DNA from: Lama glama
Lineage: Eukaryota
Assembly (NCBI GenBank): GCA_028534125.1
Contig: CM052817.1
Coordinates: forward strand, 40,302,001 to 40,366,000
Length of the DNA: 64,000 nt
Direction: 5' to 3'
Positions 49,516-61,020 of the stretch are shown piece by piece. Position 1 is the stretch's first letter, and every line of letters starts with the position of its first letter. Below the pieces are notes generated by a model. That model did no database searches. It saw nothing but the letters and a program-made list of their open reading frames with translations, and was not told the DNA's origin. Made by a program: the position numbers and the translations under genes.

Positions 49516-52500
49516 ACCAGAGCACACGGGGAAACTAGGGCGTGTATAAGGGTGATTTCCTCCCAAATCTCCATTTATTTGCTGGAACTCTTCGGAAAAG
49601 AAGAGCTTTCCCTTATCAACCGGGAGTGAATTTTTGTTCTTTCTAAAAAGACAGGCTACATGCTTAAATCTTTCCCTGTTAATCACCAATTCTCCAAGTC
49701 AGGCGTTGCTATAACTCAGTTATACTCAGTGAGTTGTGACTTTTGCCATCGTGCACCCCTTCCACCATCAAAAAAGTGAGAAATTACATTTTACAATTGT
49801 ATTGGCATAAAGACAAATATAACCTAGGCTGGATTCGTTATTATATATTTACTATTATATTTATTTGTTTTCCTTCTAAAGAAAATGTATTGTGGGCATT
49901 CAGTGCTGTCTTCTGTGCCTAATAGGTGGGACCTTGGTGCTGCTCCAGATCAGAGGCTGGGCAGGTGATAAACAAAGAGAGTTGATTCTCGTGTGTATGT
50001 GTGTGGGGTGAGTGGGGGTGACGTCGGAGAGGAAGGGGCATTTAGTTCCAGTAGAAAGCTGACATGCAGGAAAGTGAGGTGGTCTGAGGATGCCAGATCT
50101 TTCCATTTTTCAGGAGAAGCTAGAAATAGAGATTTTAAATTTTGAATTCCTCTATTTTTAATTGTTGGATCAGTTTTTTTTTCCCCAATCTATGGGCTGA
50201 TGGGGCCTGAGAGCTGAAGGTTTGAGGAGTCAGCAGGCTGTGAGGCTCCAGGGGAGGATGTTGCCTGTTTCCATACTGGGTACCTCACAGAAAATCGGCC
50301 ACATGGAAGGTGCTGGCACAGGTTTGCCAAGGAAGGAAGGAATGAAGGAAGGCTATGTTTTGCTAAGGCAACTTACAAATTAGGTGGGGTTTTTTATCTT
50401 CAAAACCTATGAAGACCAGAAAACCAGACCCTGGATTGTCCTGCAAAGGAAAAAAAAAAAGTCTGCCTTGGGTTATTCACATCAACTTAGAGAGACCTGG
50501 CAGGAATGAAAATGTGTGAAGAAAATCCTTGAAACGGGAGTTTGCGCACTAGGTCAGGCTACCTTGACGATGCGGTCACCGGTCAGAGAATCGAAGGGGG
50601 TTTCTTGGTGTCTTGATAAAATGCCATATGATTAAACTTTTAACTCTTTTCTTCTATTTAAGGCAGAAACATTATTGTGTTAAAAACAAGGTTGAAGGGA
50701 CTGCATTGTATCATTTTTCCCTTTGGGGGCACTGAGTACACTTACGGCCAAACATGGCCTGGGGCTGCTCCACGGGGGCAGTTTGTTCAGAGCCCGTCCC
50801 CTCTGAGCCCCGGAGGACCCTTCCTGGTGAGAAGGGTGAGAGGATCCTTGAGGAACAAGGACAGAGAGAAAGCAGTGCCTCCTAGAAGCCTTCCTTGGAC
50901 TCCACTCTAATTCTCAGACCTAAAAGCAACAGTGGTGCCCTGGGCTTTTCTTGTCAGAACTTTTCCCCGATACACACCCCTCCAGGGCTCAGCACTCAGC
51001 CTTCTGAGGGTCTGGGTGGCAAATCTTCATGCTTCACTGCTGCTAGGGTGCCTGCTGACTCCTGCTTAAACCTCCAGCCCTGGGCTTCAAGCACTGGCTG
51101 TCTTAATCCCGTGAGGGAGACTGCTTGTTAGAAGAGAGAAACAGAGGGATGAGAAGTCATAATTACCCAGATAATGCAGATGATGAGGGCAGAAATTATT
51201 CCTTATTTTTCTACTTCCCTCAAAGTGACCAGTTGGAGTGCTGTTTTTAAATTTTCATCTTCCTTCATGGGGGCCAACGTTTTTGATATCACAGTTTCCC
51301 GTTTATGGTCAGAGAAATTACTGTGCTTGCACACCGTGAAGTAACAATGCAAAGTGTACATGCTCCTCTCTCTTGCTCACACACACATACACACACACAC
51401 TCACTGCCCAAGAGAAAAACAAAAACTGAATAATTAATGAAGAGAGAAACGCAGCGTACCCATAGTGCAGTGCACTGTTCTTTGTATTCAATTAGCTGTA
51501 ATTCTGTGATAGTTGTGTCTTGATTCTGATCGGCTAAGAGAGAGAGATGGATGGTGGGAGTTACCCTGTACATGACCGTGCTTGCTCTTTCCAAATTCAC
51601 CTCTGAGAACCTGGGAGGGCTGAGGATCAGGGTAAGAAAAAGAGCTGCTCTCGAGACCTGGGGCATCCTTTCCTCTGCAGGCCCTGCTTCCTGGGCACTC
51701 AGCCTCAGCCTGACAGTGGTTGCCTAGTGATAAGAATAATGATCTTTTCAGTCATCTTTATTAAGGTATTACGATTTGCCAAACACCTGACAAATATTTT
51801 CACTTGTCTCACAATAACCGTTTGTTTTATTTTGTTTGCTTGTTTCATGCAGAAGAGAACTAAGGCTAAGAAAGAGTGGGATGGGCCCCCCCACCCCCCA
51901 GCTAGGAAATGACAGGCAGACAATTCACCTGTGAATATACCGCGTTACCTGTGCGCCGCCTCACTTCTCTGTGGAGCTGGCGTTCTCTATGAGTTGTTTC
52001 AGCCAGCTCTGATTCCCACACCTAATAAATGATTTCTCTCCCCACCCCCCTACCCCCAAGAGATGCTTTGTGTCATCTGAGGGAGAGGAACAGGTTTTGA
52101 ACAAGGAAGTAAGATGGCATAGAGGGAGCAGGAAACCACAGTGGAAAGATCCCAGTCCAAAGCAGTTTATACTCTTGAACAATTATCTCTTAAGGACTTG
52201 CTCTGGTGTCATAACAAACAAATAATAAAGAGAATAAAATAAATTTGATTTTTGTTTGTTTTTTGCATTTTTAGTAAAATATTAGATGATTGACAGCTCC
52301 AAATATAGCTCTTCTTACTCATGTGACCACTTTGATTAGATGCCAAATATTTTTAGAAGGGGACTGGGGGCAGAACAATGCTAGTCTTTGACATTTTCCT
52401 AGGAACAAAAGGAAATAGCTCTTCCCCTCCCTTCCCCCAGCCATTCAGTTTGGTCAACTTGTTTTATATACTTTTCTTCAGGAGAAAGGCTGTCCACACC

Positions 52501-52934
52501 ATTCTGTGATGATTAAGGGCTCTGAAGGTTCTGCTTAACAAATTCTTATTCCTGTCAAAGGACCTTGTTTCTTTCATCAGACCTCTTCCCACACCAAGGT
52601 GTGAAGGGGATACTGCAAACACATGTGGGCTCCAACCGTGGTTCTTTTAGCAGCTCAGTTCTTGTGTTTTTGTATTATGGAATTGCTTTTGTGATGCTTT
52701 GAAGGCAACCCTTGTCTCATCTTCTCAATTTTAAAATCTACCTGAAATCAACTTTTTCACTCGGTGCCTGCAAAAAGAAAGCAAGCAGGAGAGGAAGGTA
52801 GGACGAGTGGGCACAGGCTGTGGGTAGGGAGACTAGATTTCCATCCTGGGCTCTGTCACTAAAAATCCTTTCATCTGCATCACAAGCCAAGAGGAGGGGC
52901 TAGGTTTCCTTGGTCCTAAATGAGTCTCTGCAGG

Positions 52935-53104
52935 GATTACTCAGAGACTTGCAACTCAAAATGTGGTCCCTGGGACAGCAGCGTCACCTGGGAGCTTGTT
53001 GGAAGTGCAGGATCGCTGGCCCTGCCCAGACCTACTGGATTAGTATCTGCAACTTAACAAGATCCCTAGGTGGTGTGCAAGCACATCAGTTTGAAAAGCA
53101 CTGT
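52935..53104. mobile_element. MER5A hAT relic
   Basis: 'ctcaaaatgtggtcc...tcacctgggagcttgttggaagtgca...ccagacctact...tttgaaaagcactg'. Confidence 0.8.
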
Positions 53105-53559
53105 CCTTGTCCATCACTCTTCTCTATCCTGTTCTGTTCCCTTTCAGCTGAATCTTCCTAGATTCATGCCTCAGCAGCAGAGAACATATCTCCCTTCAGT
53201 CCAAGTGCAGCACAGTAGAAGGTGGCGAAGTGGAAGGAGGTGGGCATTGCAAAGAGGGGCTGTTAGTTATTGTTAATGTGATAGAATTGAGAAGGTTTTA
53301 ATGGTAAAGAAAAGCCCTTTGCTTCTGAGCCCACAGTCTTCAAGATCCTGTGGAAATGTAATTTTGAGTGAAGTGTTGAAATAGTACCCTGGAGAAAATT
53401 GCTACAGAATCGCAAACATTATAAATCCAAACCTTTAATCGGAAGACATAAGGTCTTATTGAAATTCTTTGTGACACCATCTCATGAGATGAGTGGCCAT
53501 AGAGGACCTTGCCCTGTCACTGCAGCCCCTTGTCGGCCCTTCTCTTTCACATCTGGTCG

Positions 53560-53730
53560 GTCAGCTACACATTCAGACCCTGGACCAACAGCATCAGCAC
53601 CACCTGCAAACCTGTTAGAAACAAAACTCCTGGGTCTCTCCCCAGACCTACTGAATCTCTGGGAATGGGGCCCAGCATACACACTTTAACAAGATCCCCT
53701 GGTGATGAGTGTGGCATTGAGAATCAGTGA
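53560..53730. mobile_element. MER5A hAT relic
   Basis: 'ggaccaacagcatcagcaccacctg...tgttagaaa...cccagacctactgaatc...tttaacaagatccc'. Confidence 0.75.
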
Positions 53731-53905
53731 TCTAAAATAATTGTTCATCATAGTTCTTTGTTTTCAACTTGTTTGTTACATAATGAGAAGTGAGTTACTC
53801 CTCCAGCTCTTCACAAAACCAGAGAGGTGTGAGAAGCAAGGCCAGGCGCAGTCACACCAGGAGAATGAATCGGGAAGTTTCAAGAACTGTCCCTGGGAAT
53901 CAGAG

Positions 53906-54127
53906 CAGGATTCTCTATCTACGCACTACTGACATTTTGGTGCGGGTACTTGTTTGTTGTAGGTGGCATCTGGGCAATGCACGGTACTCAACTGTATGCC
54001 TGGTCTCTACCCACTGGGTGCTAGAAGCATCTTTCAAGTTTTGGTTTGTGACAACTAATAATGTCTGAAGACTTTGTCCCAGGAGGGAGGAGGAGGCAAA
54101 ATCACCCACCTCCTTGAGAACCTCTGG
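53906..54127 (-). mobile_element. MER20 DNA transposon
   Basis: 'cactactgacattttgg', 'cctggtctctacccactgggtgct', 'gtgacaactaataatgtct' and 'ggcaaaatcacc...ttgagaacctctg' form a reverse-oriented MER20. Confidence 0.8.
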
Positions 54128-54599
54128 TCTAGAATGATGACAAATGTGGGTGTCTTCACAGGGGCTTATCCAGGAAGGGGATATTTTCAGAGGCAGTGGG
54201 GTGGCATTCATAACTGGAGCAATAACACACGTCAGTGCTACTGGCCAGGCCTGGCTCACATTTTACATGCATTGCTTCTTTCAGCCTTACAACAAACCCA
54301 TAGGGCAGGGTTCTATTTTCCCCACTTTATGGGTGGAGAAACTAAGGCTCAGAGATTAACTCACACTGATAAGTGATATACCAGGGATTCAACCCCAGGT
54401 CCGCTTTAACCGTTAGACCAATCAATCATATGTGTATATATGTATCTGTATCCATCTAGGGCTCTGCTTTTGTCCATTTATCTGCCAAATCTGGGAAGGA
54501 CTGGAGAAGAGAAACAGTCATTTATTGGCCCGAATCCAGAAGTGACTTTCGAAACACTTGAGCTGGTGGGAAAGGCAGATATTCAAGGGCGTTGTCTTC

Positions 54600-55070
54600 T
54601 CCCATGCGGGCCCCAGCCCGTCCCCCATATGGCCCTGTCCCCAGGAGCCTTCTCCCTCTGCTTCCTCCCCTCCTCCCCCTAACCCCGCTGTCTCTCCCCA
54701 TCCCGCTCCCATCGCCTCCCCCACTTCCCTCGTTGGAAGACTTGCGTGCGGGCTTCGTGTCCTCCCTCCGGGTTCTCAAAGCCTAAGCCGCTGCTGCACA
54801 CCCCGCCCTCCATCCCGGTGCCTGGAATCAAAGGCTCCCGCGTGGGGAACCCGGGGCGGGGTGGGGGAGGGGTGGGGGAGGGAGCAGCTTACAGCATCAA
54901 AGGCGCCTCCAGGAGAAGCGTGCCAGCGCTCTGAGGTCACACGAAAGGGCAGCCTGGTCTCTCCTGATCCCGAGAGTCTAGAATCGCTTAGCATTTACCG
55001 AGCCCCGCGGGGACCTAGGGGCTCCGCACAGGGTCAGCGTGTGGGTGGGCTGGAGCAAGCGCCCAGCACT
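54600..55070. promoter_or_regulatory. GC/CpG-rich intronic element with a G-quadruplex motif, GC-box and two TCF/LEF-like sites
   Basis: Locally high CpG density. There are seven G-runs at 54844-54882, ggggcgggg at 54853-54861, and ATCAAAGGC at 54827 and 54896. Confidence 0.45.
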
Positions 55071-55969
55071 GTAGATCTGGGTTTATCCATTTGTAACTTC
55101 AGGGAATGAGACCAGATGGCCTCTAAGAGATGGTGTACCTTACAGAGCAGCGTTTTCTCAGTTCTGGTTGTGCATCAGAATCACCCGAAGAGACGCCCGC
55201 TCTGCCAGTCCTCTTTGATTCACTGGGTCCTATGGGCCTGGAGTCTGTTAATGATCCCATAACTGCAACGGGCAGCCGGGGCTGAGAACCACCGCACCAG
55301 AGGAGAGGGCTTGGAGCCGGACTGATCTGGTGTTTGGGCCCCAGTTCAGTCAGTTTGATCCTGAGGAGTCACTTAATGGCTCTGGGCCTCAGTTTTACAC
55401 GTCTTTAAAATGGGGGTCAGGACATCTACCTTATAGGAGTAGAACAATACGATTAGATATGTTGGTAAAGTGGTGCTCTGTGGCAGGTGGGCCATGAGAG
55501 TGGACACCTTTCTCCAGCCTCTCTTCTGACTCTCTAGGCCATGTGGTGCATTTTTCTTTTTTAAGAGTAACTTTACCGTGCATTTGGCTTAGGAAATCAT
55601 GTGAAGCAACTTCCTTTTGCACTCTGTTCCTAAATAATTGATCTTTTCATTTTATCATTCTTATAACAGGGATTGCAATGATCTTATGTGTGCAGAGTAT
55701 TTGAAGGTGAACAAAAGGAGGTTATTTTAAGAAGTGTTCGAAGGAGTTACAGCAAAATATGAACAGAGAGTGATTTGGGGTGGTACTGTTTTTCCCCCTC
55801 TACTTTCTGTGCCATAGTGGCTGCATTTTGCATTCCCACCAGCAGTACAGTAGGGTTCCAGTTTCTCCACATCCTCACCAACTCTTATTTTCTGCTTGCT
55901 TTTGTTTTGTTATAGTAACCATCTGTGGGTGTGAGGTGGTTAGATACAGGCTTTTTATCAAATCCTCTT

Positions 55970-56290
55970 TTCCAGCCCAGGACTTTGCATCTATTGGTCT
56001 CTCTATCTGAATCTTGCCTCTTCCTCATCCTTTAGGGATTAGCTTAATTCTTACTTCCTCTGCAGTTTTCACCCATTTCCCAAACTAAATTATCCCCCTT
56101 TTAGTCTCTCATATTAGTCTGTTCATTCCTTCCACAGCACTTGCTGTAATTTGTAATTATATCGTAAGTAATTGACTTTTCAAATTCCTGTCAACTCAAG
56201 GAGGGAAGGGGCCATATTTGTGTGGTTGCCTGGTGAACCCCATCCTGAGCTCAGTGCCTGGCCCATAATAGGAGCTCAGTAAACTGTCTC
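55970..56290 (+). mobile_element. L2 3' end
   Basis: It ends 'ctcagtgcctggcccataataggagctcagtaaa', with pyrimidine-rich L2-like sequence upstream. Confidence 0.6.
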
Positions 56291-57339
56291 GTGAAGTCTT
56301 GGGTCACCTGGTACTCATGTTTATGACAAGCAGAGGCTGAACTGTATGCAGAATGACAATGAAGGCGTTACTGTAAGTAAATTTGCTGTATGGTAAAGGC
56401 AGAACACAAAACAAGGTTTTGACCTTCAGCTTCTGTTTTGAGCTGATTAGAAGGACATGATGCATTCAAACTTCTCCAGCCAGAATTAAGGCAGCCGGGG
56501 GGTCAGGCCACCAGCAGAGGTATTCAGAGTGTGGGCTCTTCCTGCCTTGAACTGTATCCTGGCTGTATCACTTTCTGTCTGGATTCCTTCATTTTTAAGA
56601 CAGAGATAACATATGACCCACCCTGTAGACCTGAGGTGAGGAGTCAGTGAGTTATTATGTATGAAGCGCTTACAACAGGACCTGGCACATAGAAAGCTCT
56701 CAGTCAATGGTTGCTATTATGATTACTTATTAGCTTTCACTCTGATGCTAGACAGACAGATAATAAGCAAGGAATAAAGAACTCTGTCAATTGCTTCCTT
56801 CTGTGTAGCACTCAGGGATGGATCTTGAAGGAGGCTGTCCATCTCTCCCCTCAATCAGGTCCAGAATTAAGGGAGTTTTAATTTTTGGTTCTTAGCACCC
56901 ATCCAGGACTGTTCTCTGGTTGTGTGGTCCAGAGAAGGTCACTACAATCATTCTTCAGACATCACTGCGATGGGGGATCTGGATAGATGGGGGGCTCTGC
57001 CTTCCACTGTGGAAGCCCAAGGGGCCGAGGGTTCTCCCTCATCTGTTGCTAGAGCTTCCCGTTGTGATCCAAGCTCTAGGCACTTAGGTGTCTCTGCCTT
57101 GAAATCCTGGGTGTGGATAGGTTCAAGCATAGATGTAGGGTCAAACAGACATTGTTCTTGGCAGCTGTGGAAGATTTAAGGGTCCACAGTGTGACATGAG
57201 CGTTGGGTGGTAGTGTCAGTCCTAGGCAAACAGCTGATTCTTATTTGTTTGGTCCTGTGTTGTTTTGTAACATGTCTACTTTATTTTACATTGAGAAAAT
57301 ATACATAATAACAACATCTAATAGCAGTTCAGTCATTTT

Positions 57340-57570
57340 TTTTTTAGTTACGACTTTACTGAGCTATAACTTAAACCATACAACTCATCTAAAGTGTGCA
57401 AATCATTGGCTTTTAGCATATTCACAGACTTGTGCAACCATCACCAAAATTAGTTTTAGGAAAATTTTATCACTCTCTACCACCAAAACTCTGTGCCTGT
57501 TAGCAGTCACCCCCCTCCTCCCTCCCTGCCCCCAGACCCATGCAACATGAATCTATTTTCTGTTCCTGTA
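57340..57570 (-). mobile_element. Old L1 (L1MB-type) 3' end
   Basis: 'ctttactgagctataac...atattcacagacttgtgcaaccatcacca...aatctattttctgt'. Confidence 0.75.
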
Positions 57571-57644
57571 CATGGCAAGCTGTTCTTAAACTGGGATTTA
57601 AACTGTACCTTCCTTCCTTCGAGGGGAGTTTCCTACTTAAGTCT

Positions 57645-58088
57645 TGCATTAGTTACCTACTATTGGCAGAACAAATTACCCCCAAATTTAGCAGCTTAAA
57701 ACAACATGCATTCATTCTCTCACAGTTTTTATAGAGCAGGAATCCAGGTGCAGCTAGGCTGGGTCTTCCGCTTCAGGATCTGTCATGGGGCAGTAATGTG
57801 TTGGCTACGGCCGTGGTCTTAGCTGAGGGCTCGGCTAAGCTCACTTACATAGTTGTGGGCAGGACTTGATTCCCTTAGGATTGTTGAACTGAGGGCCTCA
57901 TTTCCTGGCTAGCTGTTGGCTGAAGGCCACCCTGAGTTCCTTGCCCCTGGGCCTCGCCAATATGGCAGCTTACATCATCATACCCGAGGGAAGAGAGAAT
58001 CTGCTAGCAAACAGAAGTCATACTACACTAGGCCATGAATACCAGGAGGCAAGGAGCCCTGGGGCCATCTTGGAGGCTGTATACACAA
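57645..58088 (-). mobile_element. MaLR LTR, MLT1F-like
   Basis: 'aacaaattacccccaaatttagcagcttaaaacaac', 'catgaataccaggaggc' and 'ggggccatcttggaggctg'. Confidence 0.75.
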
Positions 58089-58569
58089 ACCCTATCCTCT
58101 AACCTTCCAGTGAGTTCTGTAGGCTACTCAGTATCTTTTAAATATTTTTTTGGTTGAGCTAACCAGAACAGGTGACTCTTATTTGCACACAACCAATTTT
58201 TTGGTTGCTTACTGTTCTGTAATTTTGTGATTCTGGTTTCTACTGACCTAGCACCTTTCTTTATGAAGTATGAGCTACTCAGTAAAGTCATTGACACTGC
58301 TCATTACTCCTGTTTTTTTGAAATTATCAATTCTGTGTCTGAATACTTCACTACCTTGCAGCCAGCTAGCCAGCACTGCAGAAAACTTGTTTGGATATTC
58401 ATTTCCACAAAGATGAGAGAAGAGAGATTAAGAACCTCTCACATTAGCCCCATTAAAATAGGAAAACTGAGTCCTGCCAGTGGAATAGCCCATAAAGCCT
58501 CACATCCAGCCCAGGGTTTTTGCAGTTTATCCTTATTTGGACTATGACCAGAAGGTTGCTTTCTTTCCT

Positions 58570-58950
58570 AGAGGTTCTGCAGAATTTTAGTATCAGAAAT
58601 CCAGTGCAAACTAGCTTAAGCAAGAAAAGGGAATTTGTTGGCTCACGTAACTGTGTGAAGTACTGGGGAGGCTCACTTGATCAAAAGAAAAACTATAGGA
58701 ATTCAGACCCCGCAGCCAGTGGCTCAGTGCAGGCAGCTGTCCTCCTAGCTCTTGGGGACCTGTCCATCATTTTCATGTCTCACTTTCTGGACCTCATTCT
58801 TTACTGTCACAGTCATGCATTGGTGTGAGACCTTTAGTCTTTGAGCCAGAAGAGAGAGAAACTTTGGGTCAAGCGTTTATTCCCAGGACAAGGAAGATGG
58901 GGTACAGTGCTAGGCCAGGCCTGGGTCACATGGCCACATTCTTATTGACA
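58570..58950 (-). mobile_element. Old MaLR LTR (MLT1J/K-like) fragment
   Basis: 'caaactagcttaagcaagaaaagggaatttgttggctcacgtaactg' and 'ggccaggcctgggtcacatg'. Confidence 0.6.
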
Positions 58951-60172
58951 GAAGAAGGACCATGAAAAACCACCAACAGCCACTGCTGCCCAGTATAGGC
59001 TCTGACTCGAGCCCGTTGTCAGTGGCCGAGACATAGACAGATCAGACGTGTAAACGATCCCTGAAACACTGGAGATCCCCAAAAGGACAAAGACAATGCC
59101 GCAGTCTGTGGTAAGGCCCTGCCTGGGAGCCGTGGATCGGAGGGATTCTTTTTTGGCCAATGTGTTTCATGGAGTTTGGGAATTCATTTTATTGTGCCAA
59201 GGTCCGGTGTCTTAGCCCACTGGCCAAAGAGGGTCACATTCACTTTTTCCATTACAGATTTCACTAGTTCCCTAACTACTTGACAGTTGAAAAAAAATTA
59301 TTGGCAGAGACCTAAAGGCCAGGGATGACATGGAAAATAGCTGTCCATTTAATGGAGGTTAAATTACAACAACAAAAGAAGTCAGAGCCTTTCATTTACT
59401 GCTGCTTTCTGTGATTTATGAGCAGATTGTTGTTTTTTGTTTTTAACCTTTCAAGTTAGGAATGGTTTGTCAAGTTCATGAAAACCACATGTATTCAGAC
59501 TCATTAATCTGAATGCCAAGAGTGAGTCTTGTTTTTAGATCCGTGTAAGTATGGATTGAGATCAGACTTGACTTTTGGAAGCTGTAACATGTGCGCCCTT
59601 TAAATGTGTGTACTGACACTGAACGTGCCCTAGTAATTCTTCTGAAGAGATATTATACTGAAGAGGGCTTCCTGAGAACTTGGTCTGGGTACCATTCACA
59701 GCTGCTCGGGGATGTACTCACAGCTGGTTGCCTGGTCTTTGGTGCTTCTTTATGGAGGGCCCTGTAGTGCTAAGTGCTAGAGGCAGTTGTGTAGGATTAT
59801 CTGCCTGATCGTGCCCACATATAGCTTGGTTTAGGGCTCTCCCCCTAAGTAAGGAAGCAGTTCACCCGTACGGTTGTGGCTTGGCATCAAGACTGGCAAG
59901 AAATATTCACAAATAGAAGATTTGTTTGATACAGGAAAAAATGATGTTCCAAGGTCAGAGTTTCTTGAGGAAAGTTCTCTCCACTTCCACCTGGTACTGG
60001 AAAGCTACAAATCAATAAAAAGCTTTCATTTGCCCAAGTTATTGATTCTTCATGTTGTGGATTCTTCCCCTGACACCATTTCACATGGGTCCTTATTCAG
60101 AGGAGAAAAAAGCTTAGGGGAAGTTTAAAAGCACTGACATCTGCTGACATTCTCCCTGCTTGTGTCTTGCAG

Positions 60173-60303
60173 CCTACTTCTGCTTCCTCCTGACTGCTCT
60201 GGGTGTGACAGCTGGTGCCCATCGCTTGTGGAGCCACAGGTCCTACAAGGCCAAGCTGCCGCTGAGGATATTTCTGGCTGCCGCCAACTCCATGGCTTTC
60301 CAG
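60173..60303 (+). CDS. SCD5: Stearoyl-CoA desaturase 5, internal coding exon (exon 2, 131 bp); partial CDS
   Basis: The acceptor is a polypyrimidine tract plus tgcAG (60171-72) and the donor is CAG|GT at 60304. It translates (A)YFCFLLTALGVTAGAHRLWSHRSYKAKLPLRIFLAAANSMAFQ, including the HxxxxH histidine box 1 (HRLWSH). The YFCFLL, GVTAG and ANSMAFQ residues match SCD5 rather than SCD1 (FYYFVS, GITAG, ANTMAFQ). A very large upstream intron is typical of SCD5. Confidence 0.95.
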
Positions 60304-60599
60304 GTGGGGATGGAGGGTCCTCTTTGCCTTAGGGACTCAGCGCAGATGGCAGTGTGGGAGGAGGCACAGACGTGCTCCCTGTGCAGTGGACCTCCTTCAC
60401 ACCCATTCTAGGCTCAGTGCTCAGTCCCCCAAGGACTCCTTGACTGTCTCAAGTTTTTATCTCCTAGTAGATTTAGCTACAGTAAAATGTCCCCTTGGAA
60501 GCTTTGTACCCTGAGGCATGCTGTAACACAGGGGAGGAAAGGGGATTCCTCCCTCCGGAGTTCATGCCCCAAACATGCCCTGAAACCCTCAACACTTGT

Positions 60600-61020
60600 C
60601 TGGCTCTAATGAAGGCCATGTTCTGTGCCGAGCATACTCTATGCGTATTGCATTTGATCCTCACTGTAGCCCCATGAGCTAGGTGTTATGCATGGCCCCA
60701 TTTTACAGATGAATAAACTAAGGCTTAATGAAGTTAAAGAACTTACCACAATTATATGGCTTAAAAAATGGTACATCCAGGATAGGCAAATGCAGGTCTG
60801 ACTCCAAAGCCGTTGCTCCTATGACATATATTCCTGAGGTCACCCTGTAAGTGTGTGGCAGAAAGTCTACTCATTACAGAGTTGGAAGACTGAGGATCTG
60901 AGCCTTACTCTGGTGGTTGCTAGCTGTGAATCACTTACTCACCTCCAGTTTCTTCATCTGTAAAAATAAGGACATTACTTCACTTCTAGAGTTGTTATGA
61001 AGTCATGATAAAAATGTAAG
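60600..61020. mobile_element. Two MIR fragments (minus then plus)
   Basis: 'ccccattttacagatgaataaactaaggc' and 'cagtttcttcatctgtaaaaataagg'. Confidence 0.65.

Larger units (their letters stand above)
47250..49720 (-). mobile_element. Ancient L1ME-type 3' region split by three later insertions
   Basis: The segments ~47250-47661, 48300-48662, 49070-49105 and 49540-49720 are collinear old-L1-like sequence around the insertions. Confidence 0.55.
1..60172 (+). other. SCD5: SCD5 intron 1 (3' part; exon 1 lies upstream of the window)
   Basis: I found no SCD5 exon-1 coding sequence and no CpG-island promoter with a start codon in the window. The region is repeat-rich and ends in a canonical acceptor before exon 2. 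Confidence 0.8.

Noticed and set aside
60173..60303. Assignment to SCD1 or to a processed pseudogene
   Set aside because: The residues match SCD5, the splice sites are intact and there is no adjacent fused exon sequence.
60160..60411. 83-aa ORF as a complete gene
   Set aside because: Only 60173-60303 is exonic. The ORF start and the residues after ...AFQ are intron read-through.
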